Virus record (IMG/VR): IMGVR_UViG_3300050821_006280 | Span: 1 to 64,000 of that record | Length of the DNA stretch: 64,000 bases | Origin: a virus | Reading direction: 5' to 3' (one strand) | Shown: piece by piece, positions 54,960 through 63,922 of the stretch | Position numbering within the stretch: the first letter of the stretch is position 1 | Layout: the number at the start of each line of letters is the position of its first letter | The notes under the pieces: generated by a model | What the model saw: only the letters and a program-made list of their open reading frames with translations | The model's database searches: none | Told to the model about the DNA's origin: nothing | Program-made: the position numbers and the translations under genes

Positions 54960-55831
54960 GTCTTGATCTCAAAGCAATAATCCCGCGCCTTGCAGCCGAT
55001 CGCACGCGGGCAGCTGTAATCAGCGCAGACCATCCGCTCGGGAGCTATCCCGCCGACAATACCCCCTCTGATCTGCTTAATCGCCTGGTGAACACGCTCG
55101 ATCACCTCTGGATCGAAATTCATATCGTGCTCAACGATGAAGGTCCCCTTCGCGCCGTTTTTGTTGAAGTAGACGATCTTCGCCTTCTTCAGACCCGTCA
55201 GCCACAGATAACACTGAGCTTGGATCACATGTACGAAGTCTGGAGAATCTTTGTACTTATAGAAATTCCTGTCATTGGCGCTCTTGAACTCCAAGAGCCA
55301 CACGTCCTCGCCGACCGCAAGGTATCCATCTGGGTGACCGCCGATCTTCCACTCGTCATTGCCAACAAATTCTTCGACATACAAGAAGGCGTTCGGATGT
55401 GATCCTTGCTCAGGACGGCCATTGACCCGAGGCGCATCTCCAGCAACGGCACCACAGCGGATGCATCGCGTTGGCATCGCCACTAGGCCACGTTCTCTTC
55501 CCCCGTAGATCTCGCCGCACCATGTGCACCGCCAAGCCCCCACGAGCAGCCCGGTTGGTCCTACGGCGCGATTCTGCATCATCCAATGGACTGCATGGCC
55601 GAGAGCGAAGTTGATCCCCTGATCGCCAGTGATGTCTTCCTCGCGCATGATGTCGTGCTTAGCCACGAGCACTTCTTCGCGAGGACACATAGAACCGATT
55701 CCCGAGACGCGTATCCAGTCATCTTCCCGAAGCGGATGTTTGACCCGGTGCTCAGCCAACGCCCCATGGATCAGAGCTACAAGGCTGACATCCGTTTCGT
55801 TCTTCCGACGAATAACCGTGACAAGCGCCAT
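54956..55831 (-). CDS. Cas4-like PD-(D/E)xK exonuclease (solo)
   Basis: N-terminal CPR, GHAVH, GHPDG, LEFKS, QAQCY, C-terminal Cys cluster; inserted CxxC..CxxC. Confidence 0.82.
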   Translation of the reverse strand: MALVTVIRRKNETDVSLVALIHGALAEHRVKHPLREDDWIRVSGIGSMCPREEVLVAKHDIMREEDITGDQGINFALGHAVHWMMQNRAVGPTGLLVGAWRCTWCGEIYGGRERGLVAMPTRCIRCGAVAGDAPRVNGRPEQGSHPNAFLYVEEFVGNDEWKIGGHPDGYLAVGEDVWLLEFKSANDRNFYKYKDSPDFVHVIQAQCYLWLTGLKKAKIVYFNKNGAKGTFIVEHDMNFDPEVIERVHQAIKQIRGGIVGGIAPERMVCADYSCPRAIGCKARDYCFEIKT

Positions 55832-56130
55832 AGGAACCCTCTCTTTTTCCTCGTGATCGAAGCAAGTGTCTGGACACTTCGGATCGTGTCATCGCAGAGG
55901 ATCGTCGCCTCCTCTGCGGTCAGCTGGTATCCACAGCTCAGGCACTCAAAGAATCGCTCGCTCTCTCGCCACTCCAGCCGATCAGCACATGTCACGCACT
56001 GGTACCATGGCGCAAGGCCAGGATTACCCTCCTCGGGTGGCAAATAGGTCACACGGATCTCGACAGCCGCGTGCGGCTTGACCATGAATCTCTCTCGGTA
56101 CTTCACGAGATCAGCCACTGACGGCTCCAT
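55777..56130 (-). CDS. Zn-ribbon hypothetical protein
   Basis: CVTC...FECLSCGY. Confidence 0.6.
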   Translation of the reverse strand: MEPSVADLVKYRERFMVKPHAAVEIRVTYLPPEEGNPGLAPWYQCVTCADRLEWRESERFFECLSCGYQLTAEEATILCDDTIRSVQTLASITRKKRGFLWRLSRLFVGRTKRMSAL

Positions 56131-56968
56131 TGAACAACCCGAGCTGTCGACGATCCTGCATTGGTGGGATCGCGGTGATAATCACCTCGTCAACATCTTT
56201 TCGACTCTCTGCGGTTTTCCCGATCTTATGTCTGACCTTGATGATATCGATCTGAGACCAGCTGCTATACAGGCCACGGATACTCTCGCAGTCGATGTTG
56301 GATGAGAACACGCTCACGCCTCTCTTCACGGCGGACTGAAGACGACGTGCTAGCTGACGCTGATCTTTCTCCGTAAAGCTACGACCAGCGTATCTGTCAT
56401 ACGTCCCCCAGTATGGAGGATCAGCAAAAACCACATCGCCCTTGTGCGTTGCACGGAGTACTAAGCTGTACCCGTTGGAATACAGCGAAGCGCGCCCGAG
56501 CAAATCAGAAGCCCGACGTAGCTCCTCGCGAGGAGGAAACGTCGGCATCTTCTCCATCTTGCCCCAGGCGGCGTTGAACCACAGCTCCTCGTTCAACCGG
56601 AACAAGCCGTTGAAACAAGTGCGATTAAGATACAGCAGTCGAGCCGCAAACTTCACTCCGTAGTCGTGACCGTTCCACTCCTTCTTGAGAGCGTCATAGG
56701 TCTCTTTACAGAAAGGCAACTCCTGTAAGCGATCTAGCTCGTCACTTACCGCGTCTGGCTCACGACGAAGCGCCTCATAAAACGCCATAAGAGGCTTGCA
56801 GATATCAACCAAGACTGCCTTCTTAGGTTCCAGGTGAAAGAAGACAGCTGCCCCGCCAGCAAAGCACTCGACATATCGTCCCCTGTCGTCCATATAGGGA
56901 CGAATACGTTGTGCAATATTCTCAGCAATTCGGCGCTTACCGCCAGGCCATTTCAACAGCGGATTCAT
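56111..56968 (-). CDS. dam: DNA adenine methyltransferase (Dam/D12 family)
   Basis: LLKWPGGK, YVECFAGGAAVFF, YLNRTCFNGLFR, FADPPY; start reassigned to ATG 56968. Confidence 0.92.
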   Translation of the reverse strand: MNPLLKWPGGKRRIAENIAQRIRPYMDDRGRYVECFAGGAAVFFHLEPKKAVLVDICKPLMAFYEALRREPDAVSDELDRLQELPFCKETYDALKKEWNGHDYGVKFAARLLYLNRTCFNGLFRLNEELWFNAAWGKMEKMPTFPPREELRRASDLLGRASLYSNGYSLVLRATHKGDVVFADPPYWGTYDRYAGRSFTEKDQRQLARRLQSAVKRGVSVFSSNIDCESIRGLYSSWSQIDIIKVRHKIGKTAESRKDVDEVIITAIPPMQDRRQLGLFNGAVSG

Positions 56969-57246
56969 CGTTTGATCCCCATCATCGTGAACTGAGTCGG
57001 TGCAGACTCGGCTCCATCTGGATAAACGAAACACATGCCTGACCACACACTGGCGCGAATGTGATCCCCGGCGAGATTTGTCAGTTGCTCGATGAAATAC
57101 TGGATATCGTCGGCCGTTCCGATCATCTCAACGGGTACTCCGAATCCTTCTCCGGCCTGAAGCGCGATCAGAGCTTCCTGTTGAAGACGCTTGAGAATAC
57201 GAAGCTTCTTCCCTGCTGCCCACCATCGCTTCAGACCGGAGAACAT
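56965..57246 (-). CDS. Hypothetical protein
   Basis: TAATG coupling upstream and ATGA coupling to dam. Confidence 0.6.
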   Translation of the reverse strand: MFSGLKRWWAAGKKLRILKRLQQEALIALQAGEGFGVPVEMIGTADDIQYFIEQLTNLAGDHIRASVWSGMCFVYPDGAESAPTQFTMMGIKR

Positions 57247-57485
57247 TAGCCAGCCTTGATCCTTCCTGTAGGGCCAATGGGAATCACGAACAGCGTCTGC
57301 CACATCTCGCTGGAATTGAAATGCACCGCGATCTGGCTCACCGTGTACGCGATCACTTCCCCGTTCTCGCTCGTCTCATCGAGAACGCGCGTCCCAGGAT
57401 TGTCAACGAGCGGCAGATCTCCGCTCCATATTACCTTGCCCTCTTCTCCATAGCTCCCGCCAGCAACTCTGATCTTTGTCTTCAT
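57246..57485 (-). CDS. Hypothetical protein
   Basis: Translationally coupled at both ends. Confidence 0.6.
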   Translation of the reverse strand: MKTKIRVAGGSYGEEGKVIWSGDLPLVDNPGTRVLDETSENGEVIAYTVSQIAVHFNSSEMWQTLFVIPIGPTGRIKAG

Positions 57486-57853
57486 TCGCCTTGTTCCTTG
57501 TACCAGTCGATCAGCTCTTTGAGAAATGGAGCTGGAACAGCAACCCAGTCCTTCTCAATCAGCGGCGGCATGGCATTAAATTCTAGAGACAATGCCGGAA
57601 CACGACCAGAACCCATAGCCTCACGGCTGATCTTGATCAGCCACTTCTTGTCTACTCGAATAGTCTCTTGTTCCGTTCTCTTGCACTCAGTCAGCAGCTC
57701 AGTCGTCTTCACATCGCCCTTATGGAAGACAAGCGCACCCGAGCCTTTTTGGACCTTGCCTCCCAGTTTCTTCGCGACCCGCTTTTCCTGAAACTTTGAT
57801 TTCTTTCGTTTCTGGTAGTTCGGATCATCCTTCATGTATGTCGGCAAGCCCAT
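57482..57853 (-). CDS. Hjc-like PD-(D/E)xK endonuclease / resolvase
   Basis: QEKRVAKKLGG...GSGA...KGDV...LTECK. Confidence 0.8.
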   Translation of the reverse strand: MGLPTYMKDDPNYQKRKKSKFQEKRVAKKLGGKVQKGSGALVFHKGDVKTTELLTECKRTEQETIRVDKKWLIKISREAMGSGRVPALSLEFNAMPPLIEKDWVAVPAPFLKELIDWYKEQGE

Positions 57854-57854
57854 G

Positions 57855-59006
57855 TTAAACTGCCAACAGCACGGGCATCAGCTCATTGCGAAACTCTTCG
57901 TAGGCTCCACGATTCTGCATGAAGTGCTTCGCGAGCGCAGATCCACCTCGATAGGGCTCTCCCTTCCACGACCTCATGGAACCATTGACATCGACGAGAC
58001 CAGCCTTCTCGCCCATATCAATTGCCCACTCTTCGTCAAGGACATCACCAACGTTCTTTACCTCTGTCTTCGACAGGACGAGCTTGTATTCGCCTTCCAT
58101 CTTGGCTGGCGCTGTCTTGTTCTTTTCGATCTTGAAGCGCATCTCAGCAGAAAGCGGCTTCCCTGTGATCTCATCCATCACGTACTTGCCAGATGAGCAG
58201 CGCACCTCAACAGACGTGGCGAAGCCTTGGGCCATTCCGCCAGGCACCGTCTCCGGGTTCCCAAACATAACGCCCACCTTCATGCGTAGCTGATTCGTCA
58301 GCCAGATCGTTGGGCGACGCCCTTCCTGTTGGGCAATCAGGTTTACACCACTGACAAACTTGCGGAACATGACGCCATTCAATCGAGCCTGTGTTCCGAC
58401 GGTCTGCTCGGTCGACGACTTCTCCGTCTCGACGAACGGTGTCATAAAAGCAATGGAATCAATCACGATGATATCGACCTCGCCAGTACGCAGCATTGAA
58501 TCAGCTGTGTCGATCGTCTGCTCAGCCGTCGATGGCTGTGTGAGGATCACATCTTCGGCCTTGAGAAATTTTGCCGCCCATTGGTGATCCCACACTCCTT
58601 CGACATCGAGCCAGCCGATGACAACCTTTCGATTATCGCCGCACTTGCACTTCGGCTTGCCACCTTCGACATCGGCTTTGGGGAACGTCCAGCACAGCGA
58701 ACACAGCCGCTGGGCGATCCCTCCTGCGCGAAGATACTTCGTGCTCTTGGATGAGGATTTCGGACCAAAAAGAAGGCTGACGCGGCCAACAGGTAGGCCA
58801 CCGCCGAGCGCATAGTCGACCTGAAAGATGCCGGTCGGGATCCGCGCCAGCTCCTTCACGTCGAAATCATTGGCCTGGTAGATGGCGCGCTCACCGAACT
58901 TCTTGGTAGTTGCTTTGATCAGCTCCGAGAGCTTCGCCTCTCGTGCCTTGATCGGGTCAAGCGCCTCTGTTCCCTGGTCTACTTCTGCCGCCTTCTTCTT
59001 CGCCAT
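57855..59006 (-). CDS. recA: RecA-family recombinase
   Basis: IPTGIFQVDYALGGGLPVGR, WLDVEG, IVIDSIA, GTQARL, NQLRMKVGVMFGNPETVPGG, KNKTAP. Confidence 0.93.
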   Translation of the reverse strand: MAKKKAAEVDQGTEALDPIKAREAKLSELIKATTKKFGERAIYQANDFDVKELARIPTGIFQVDYALGGGLPVGRVSLLFGPKSSSKSTKYLRAGGIAQRLCSLCWTFPKADVEGGKPKCKCGDNRKVVIGWLDVEGVWDHQWAAKFLKAEDVILTQPSTAEQTIDTADSMLRTGEVDIIVIDSIAFMTPFVETEKSSTEQTVGTQARLNGVMFRKFVSGVNLIAQQEGRRPTIWLTNQLRMKVGVMFGNPETVPGGMAQGFATSVEVRCSSGKYVMDEITGKPLSAEMRFKIEKNKTAPAKMEGEYKLVLSKTEVKNVGDVLDEEWAIDMGEKAGLVDVNGSMRSWKGEPYRGGSALAKHFMQNRGAYEEFRNELMPVLLAV

Positions 59007-59015
59007 ACTATCCCC

Positions 59016-59387
59016 TTACAGAGGGTTGACTTTCTTGGACTTGTCCTGAAATGTCCTGATGAGCGACTTCTCGTGCTCGATCTTTTTCTCAACCCAGGAC
59101 TGCACAAATTTCGCAGTCTCTTCCACCTCTTCTTTGTAACAAGGCATCGTGAGCTGAATGTTGATCTTCGCTGACTCCCAATTACCCAGGTTGATGGTCA
59201 GCCCAACAGCAACACTGACCTTCGCCGGCTCAGTGACGAACCTATGGACCGCCAGCATTTCCTCTTCGGCTGTGGATTCTGGATCGGCAGCTTTGTCTCC
59301 ATTTCGAGAGACAGTCCTATTGACAATAGCCGTCGAAGCACGAGCGATTAGCTCATCCATTGGCGACTTTTCCATCGTTCTCTCCAA
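59016..59387 (-). CDS. Hypothetical protein
   Basis: GLTINLGNWESAKINI motif; adjacent to recA. Confidence 0.65.
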   Translation of the reverse strand: MERTMEKSPMDELIARASTAIVNRTVSRNGDKAADPESTAEEEMLAVHRFVTEPAKVSVAVGLTINLGNWESAKINIQLTMPCYKEEVEETAKFVQSWVEKKIEHEKSLIRTFQDKSKKVNPL

Positions 59388-59940
59388 TCTCTAAAGTTGC
59401 GTCGATATCAACGCCTATACCCTTCCATCCATTTACGATCTCTTCGTGGAAGGTACGGTCGGAGATCGAAATGGTGCCACTCCTTGCTTCCATCGCAGAT
59501 CGGACCACTGCGATCATTTCAGACGTATAGAGGCGCTCCTGCTTGTTCCTTCCAACCAGCGTAAACGGTGTCCTTGGCAGAACCCCTGATCTTTCCCATT
59601 GATGTACAGTTGGAACGCTTCTGCTGATTGCACGAGCAAAATAGCCCACGTGCACGAGTTGCTTTAGCGTTAGTACACCGTTGATCGGCACATTGATAGC
59701 GACTGGCTTCCGATGGCGTGGGATACGCACCCTCGGCTTAGGGATCTTCTTGGCCTCAGCCGACTTCTTCTCGCGATAAGCACGATTTTGTTCGAGAACT
59801 TTCTGTTTGTATTCAGGATCGTTCTCATACCGCTGACGACGCTTCTCGGCCAACTCGGCGGCATGCTTTGCATACCAATCCTTGTAACTCCAAGTCGTCT
59901 GATCGTCCTTACCGTTTTTCATCACATACTCCGCGATCAA
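59353..59940 (-). CDS. MerR-like HTH DNA-binding protein
   Basis: FARAISRSVPTVHQWERSGVLP...RLYTSEMI. Confidence 0.75.
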   Translation of the reverse strand: MIAEYVMKNGKDDQTTWSYKDWYAKHAAELAEKRRQRYENDPEYKQKVLEQNRAYREKKSAEAKKIPKPRVRIPRHRKPVAINVPINGVLTLKQLVHVGYFARAISRSVPTVHQWERSGVLPRTPFTLVGRNKQERLYTSEMIAVVRSAMEARSGTISISDRTFHEEIVNGWKGIGVDIDATLEIGENDGKVANG

Positions 59941-59987
59941 CCTTTGCGGGGCGCTCTCCTGTTGTCAAGAAAGACTCCGTATCCACT

Positions 59988-61334
59988 TCACCCATTAACA
60001 GCCACTGCTTGCTGAGGATAGAACCTCGCATATGCGCGATCTCTACACTCGGCATATTCCTTACAGAGCGGGATCTGGTCTGCTCGGATATCAACGATCA
60101 CTGGGTCCTTCTTGCCTGGATAGGCCGTCAGTGCCCAGCCGACAGGAGCTTCTGGAGTCTTTATTGGAGACGCCAGCACAACTGTGTCAATCGCCGGGAT
60201 GTCGAGAGTCTTCGCCGAAGTCTTGTAGGACGCAAAGATCACATCTGCCACTGAAGCTGCCTCAATGTCAGAGTCAAGCATGTCTTCAGTGATATGATCC
60301 GTTTTGATAATCCGATCCTTAAACTGCGTCTCTACCTCAGTCCTGAGACGCTTCAGATGATCGAACGTCTCCGAAAACACGACAATCTTCCGACGGGCTG
60401 CTAGTGCCTGAACAATCTGATTTGTAACCTCTTGGTTGTAATTAGTGTTCTTAGAGACCACTTCAACCACAAGCTCACGCGACGCCAGCTGCGGATTGAA
60501 GTATGGATGCGTGATCCTAAACGACGTGAAAACCCTTCTGATTTTCGGCGTCAGTCGCTGCACTTGGCTCGTATATAGACGACGGCCAAGGTGATACTCA
60601 AAGACCTTGTCTGCCTTGTCATCGCGTGCAGGCTTGGAAGATAAGCCCAGGCGCTTCCCCGCGTGGAAGAAGCCAATAGCCCTTGAAAAGTTGGCTGGGT
60701 CTACGGAGTGACACTGGTCGACCACGACTAATCCAAAGCTTCGCTCTATCGACTCGGGCATCGTTTCCTTGACGACTTGCGACGCCACGCCATCAATCGG
60801 CGCCACGACCACATGACATCCATCAATCTCCCACTTACGATTTGCGAGCTGGCCGACCTTCATTGTTGGGCAACGCTCGTTCAATCGCTTTTTCCACAAC
60901 GCAAGTCGCTGAGTGCTATTGACCAGAATCACCGTCGTTGTCTTCAGGCGTGTGATTGCTTCGATGGTGGTGTTAATCTTCCCCCAGCCCGGCGGGGCGT
61001 AGACGATTCCTCCCGTGACCTCACGAGATGCAAGCGACGCAATCAGCATTCGCAAAGCAGTCTCGTTCTCATCTACAACCTTTAGTGCCGGCTCTACATC
61101 AGCGAACTCGGTTCCGGTGCTATGAGCCAATCGGATCTCGTGCTTGCGCGTGAGCTTACTGTAGAAGAATTCACGAGCGATCCCGAGTCGACCTTCCTGT
61201 TCAAGGAAGCAGTTGACGAGAGAGCAATCCTGCCCGACGCGGGGTACGGCCAGTTGACTCTTGAGCCAGCCAAGCTGAACAGGCTCAAGCTCCGATGTCG
61301 AGATCCATGCATATCCAGCGATGACGACTTCCAT
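59988..61334 (-). CDS. SF2 (UvsW/A18-like) helicase homolog with degenerate catalytic motifs
   Basis: APPGWGKI, VVVDQCH, LGLSSKPARDD, LDIPAIDTVVLASP, motif VI APVGWAL. Confidence 0.8.
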   Translation of the reverse strand: MEVVIAGYAWISTSELEPVQLGWLKSQLAVPRVGQDCSLVNCFLEQEGRLGIAREFFYSKLTRKHEIRLAHSTGTEFADVEPALKVVDENETALRMLIASLASREVTGGIVYAPPGWGKINTTIEAITRLKTTTVILVNSTQRLALWKKRLNERCPTMKVGQLANRKWEIDGCHVVVAPIDGVASQVVKETMPESIERSFGLVVVDQCHSVDPANFSRAIGFFHAGKRLGLSSKPARDDKADKVFEYHLGRRLYTSQVQRLTPKIRRVFTSFRITHPYFNPQLASRELVVEVVSKNTNYNQEVTNQIVQALAARRKIVVFSETFDHLKRLRTEVETQFKDRIIKTDHITEDMLDSDIEAASVADVIFASYKTSAKTLDIPAIDTVVLASPIKTPEAPVGWALTAYPGKKDPVIVDIRADQIPLCKEYAECRDRAYARFYPQQAVAVNG

Positions 61335-61429
61335 AGCCTGAGGCCTCACCAAAAAGGAACAAGGCCTCAGGCCTCTGGCGGCAACGCAAAGCCTTGACTC
61401 GACCAATCCGCTCAGAAGGCCTGAGGCCC
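61335..61429. repeat. Three copies of a quasi-palindromic AGGCCT(C/G)AGGCC motif
   Basis: Copies at 61335-61347 (imperfect), 61362-61375 and 61417-61429 in intergenic DNA. Confidence 0.5.
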
Positions 61430-61448
61430 AGTTTCAGCCCAACAGGGC

Positions 61449-62249
61449 CTAGAACGGAACGTCGTCCGTCTGCGTGCCGCCCGAGCTGCCGCCGGACGAG
61501 CCATTTGCCTGGAACCCACGGGCGCCAGACATAGCTGCCCTCATTGCAGCCGGCTCCATCGGGGCATGAACGTTGGCATAGTTGAATGGCGGAACGGAAG
61601 CTGGGATCTCTCCCGTCTCTGGGATCTGGAAGTGATGAGCAAGATAGCGGCGAACTCGTGCCGAGGTTGGGTCCGACGGGTTGTTCGCTGCGTCGATCAT
61701 GTCCTTCAGCTTCTTGCCCTTGTACGAAACGACTTCGTAGAGCTTGACCATATCGACTTCACGCTTGTGCTCGAAGTCATCGCCGGTGCTCGCCGAGTTG
61801 TCGTCCGTACGAAGAACCTGGAACAGCTGTCCGACCAAGCTTCCTTTTGCTTCCTTCTTGGCCTTGAGCTTGTTCAAGACCTTGGTCTTCGGCGACAGCT
61901 CGACCAGCTCGTACTTGTGTTCCTTGCCGTCCTTCGAGACGTATCCGGTCACGTCCACGATCGTGTAGTGACCGATATACTCAGCCTTTTGAACACCCTT
62001 GGCGGCATCGCCTGGACAACCTTCGGGATTGATCTTGGAGATGCAGGTCGCGTATTGGAAGTTCTTGTCATCACCAACGCGCCAGCTGTGCTCCCAGATG
62101 CAGAACGGAGAATCGTCGATGAATACGATCTCCTTGGAGGCACCAACCTTCAACCAGAAGCGACGCGGAGCGGCACCAAGATCTCTTCGCTCCTGTTCCT
62201 TCTCTGCGCCGGCATATCCGGTTTCGTACCACGACTTGTTTGCACTCAT
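61449..62249 (-). CDS. gp32-like single-stranded DNA-binding protein
   Basis: RRFWLK..KEIVFIDD, WEH, C...CP; Gly/Ser linker and acidic DDVPF tail. Confidence 0.75.
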   Translation of the reverse strand: MSANKSWYETGYAGAEKEQERRDLGAAPRRFWLKVGASKEIVFIDDSPFCIWEHSWRVGDDKNFQYATCISKINPEGCPGDAAKGVQKAEYIGHYTIVDVTGYVSKDGKEHKYELVELSPKTKVLNKLKAKKEAKGSLVGQLFQVLRTDDNSASTGDDFEHKREVDMVKLYEVVSYKGKKLKDMIDAANNPSDPTSARVRRYLAHHFQIPETGEIPASVPPFNYANVHAPMEPAAMRAAMSGARGFQANGSSGGSSGGTQTDDVPF

Positions 62250-62330
62250 ATGCGCCCTCCGCGCTGTAGGGGGTCCCTTATGGTGACCCGTGGTAAAGCC
62301 CAAGATCAGATCTTAGGCGAAACGAATTCC

Positions 62331-62359
62331 ATTAAGCGCGTATGACGATCGAATGTCAA
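62331..62359 (-). promoter_or_regulatory. Sigma70-like promoter
   Basis: TTGACA-N17-CTTAAT. Confidence 0.4.
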
Positions 62360-63468
62360 CCGACAAACTTAGATCGGATCTCGTCTAGATGATGGTCACT
62401 TAGCTGATCTGGATCGAGCCCATCAGGTGTCGGAAAAATCTGGGTGTTTATTCGTTTTCCTAACGAATCCGCGATCTGATTTGCGACCTTCCTGCCAGCT
62501 GCGTCTCCGTCGGGAATTATCACCAGACGATCAAACCATCGTACTATCTTCTCACGCTGGTACCTACCAAGGTCTGATCCGAGCATTCCGGTTACATTCT
62601 GTATCCCTCGGTCATCGAGCCAAATCACATCGAACATCCCCTCCACCAAAAACACTGTTCCACGACCTGAGCCATCATACGTGAGATGGTCCTCACCGAA
62701 GAGATACACCTCCTTCTTGAAGCCGGTAGCGTGCATCCATGGCGGTGGCTCCCAGTTATCAAGGGAACACGGCAGAAATCGTCCGCCAATATTCACCAGC
62801 CTCCCGTTACGATCATACTGCGGGATCGCTATGCGTTTAGCGACTGGATGCCAACCAAGCTTCCATTTCTGTATCGCAGCGAGAGAGAGATTTCGGCCCT
62901 TCTCCAAATATAGAAGAGGGTCCACTCCAGTTGCTTCGACCCAGCTACGATCAACGAGCATCGCACGCATATCATCCATGGCTTTGACATGCGTATCTGG
63001 TAAGCTCGGCAATGCATCAGCTACTGAAAGAACGTCACCGTAGTCGCGCCCCTGCGTGTAGAGCTTTGAAATGCTATCATTCGGATCTGGCATCGCGTAG
63101 ATACCGGATCCGTGTTTCAAACGTTCCAGCTGTGGAAGTGGATTGCGCTGGTCCCCGTCCTGAAGTTCATTGATGAGACGATCAATCTTATCTTTCGATT
63201 TCCTTTCAGTGTGCTGTCGTTTGATTCGATAAAGCAGGTCTTTCATCGTCCCGCGGAACATGCATGTTCCCGACAGGCACTTGCATTTGCTCTCATCGTT
63301 ATCGACGGCAAATACAGCGAACGACGGCCTCTTGTCCCGCCCCATCTTATGAGTCCATGGTGCCAAAGGACAAGACGAACGAACGATCTGCCCCGTTGCC
63401 GTGGCTGTCGTGGTGATCCGATCCACATGCAGAGCACGTAGAATTCGTTCGATTTTATCAGCCTTCAC
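62356..63468 (-). CDS. DNA primase (DnaG type: Zn finger + TOPRIM)
   Basis: CPLAPWTH...PSF...CLSGTC; GGRF; LVEGMFDV; PDGDAAG; LDPD. Confidence 0.9.
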   Translation of the reverse strand: MKADKIERILRALHVDRITTTATATGQIVRSSCPLAPWTHKMGRDKRPSFAVFAVDNDESKCKCLSGTCMFRGTMKDLLYRIKRQHTERKSKDKIDRLINELQDGDQRNPLPQLERLKHGSGIYAMPDPNDSISKLYTQGRDYGDVLSVADALPSLPDTHVKAMDDMRAMLVDRSWVEATGVDPLLYLEKGRNLSLAAIQKWKLGWHPVAKRIAIPQYDRNGRLVNIGGRFLPCSLDNWEPPPWMHATGFKKEVYLFGEDHLTYDGSGRGTVFLVEGMFDVIWLDDRGIQNVTGMLGSDLGRYQREKIVRWFDRLVIIPDGDAAGRKVANQIADSLGKRINTQIFPTPDGLDPDQLSDHHLDEIRSKFVG

Positions 63469-63502
63469 CGACGATCAGTGTCGCGTTCGTCGACGAGATT
63501 GT

Positions 63503-63922
63503 CTACTTCTTAGAAGGTGATTGTGGCTGCGGCGCGGCTGGATTGATCCCCGCTCGTTCTTGATCTTGACTGTCCTTGGCGTTGGCTGGCTTTGGTGGCT
63601 GCCGTCCACCAGGCCCATCCAGCTCATAAAGCTTGGGCTCGATCATTTTGAACAAGCGCTCAAACTGGAGATCTTTATTCGAGCCCTGAAAGCCTTCACG
63701 AATATGCTGCTGGTTCCGGGTCCAGCCTTTGCCAGTAAGCCTGATACCTTCAAGAACCTCTTGCCCGGCGGCCGGATAGAGGTATCCCTGCTTACCCAGC
63801 TGAGCACGAGCAATTTTCATTGCCCGGACTACCCCGTCGGCCCCACCGCCGGTGACACCTTTGTTGAAGATCGCTACGACGCAATGCCGAAAGAGAGGAG
63901 GGATGTCACGCCAGCCCGGCAT
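63503..63922 (-). CDS. Hypothetical protein (paralog of 27445-27858)
   Basis: PPLFRHCV...RAMKIARAQLGKQG...LTGKG; start reassigned to ATG 63922. Confidence 0.6.
   Translation of the reverse strand: MPGWRDIPPLFRHCVVAIFNKGVTGGGADGVVRAMKIARAQLGKQGYLYPAAGQEVLEGIRLTGKGWTRNQQHIREGFQGSNKDLQFERLFKMIEPKLYELDGPGGRQPPKPANAKDSQDQERAGINPAAPQPQSPSKK

Noticed and set aside
56111-56968. Apparent GATC/CGATCG enrichment linked to Dam
   Set aside because: Visual impression only; needs an observed/expected k-mer count before any claim
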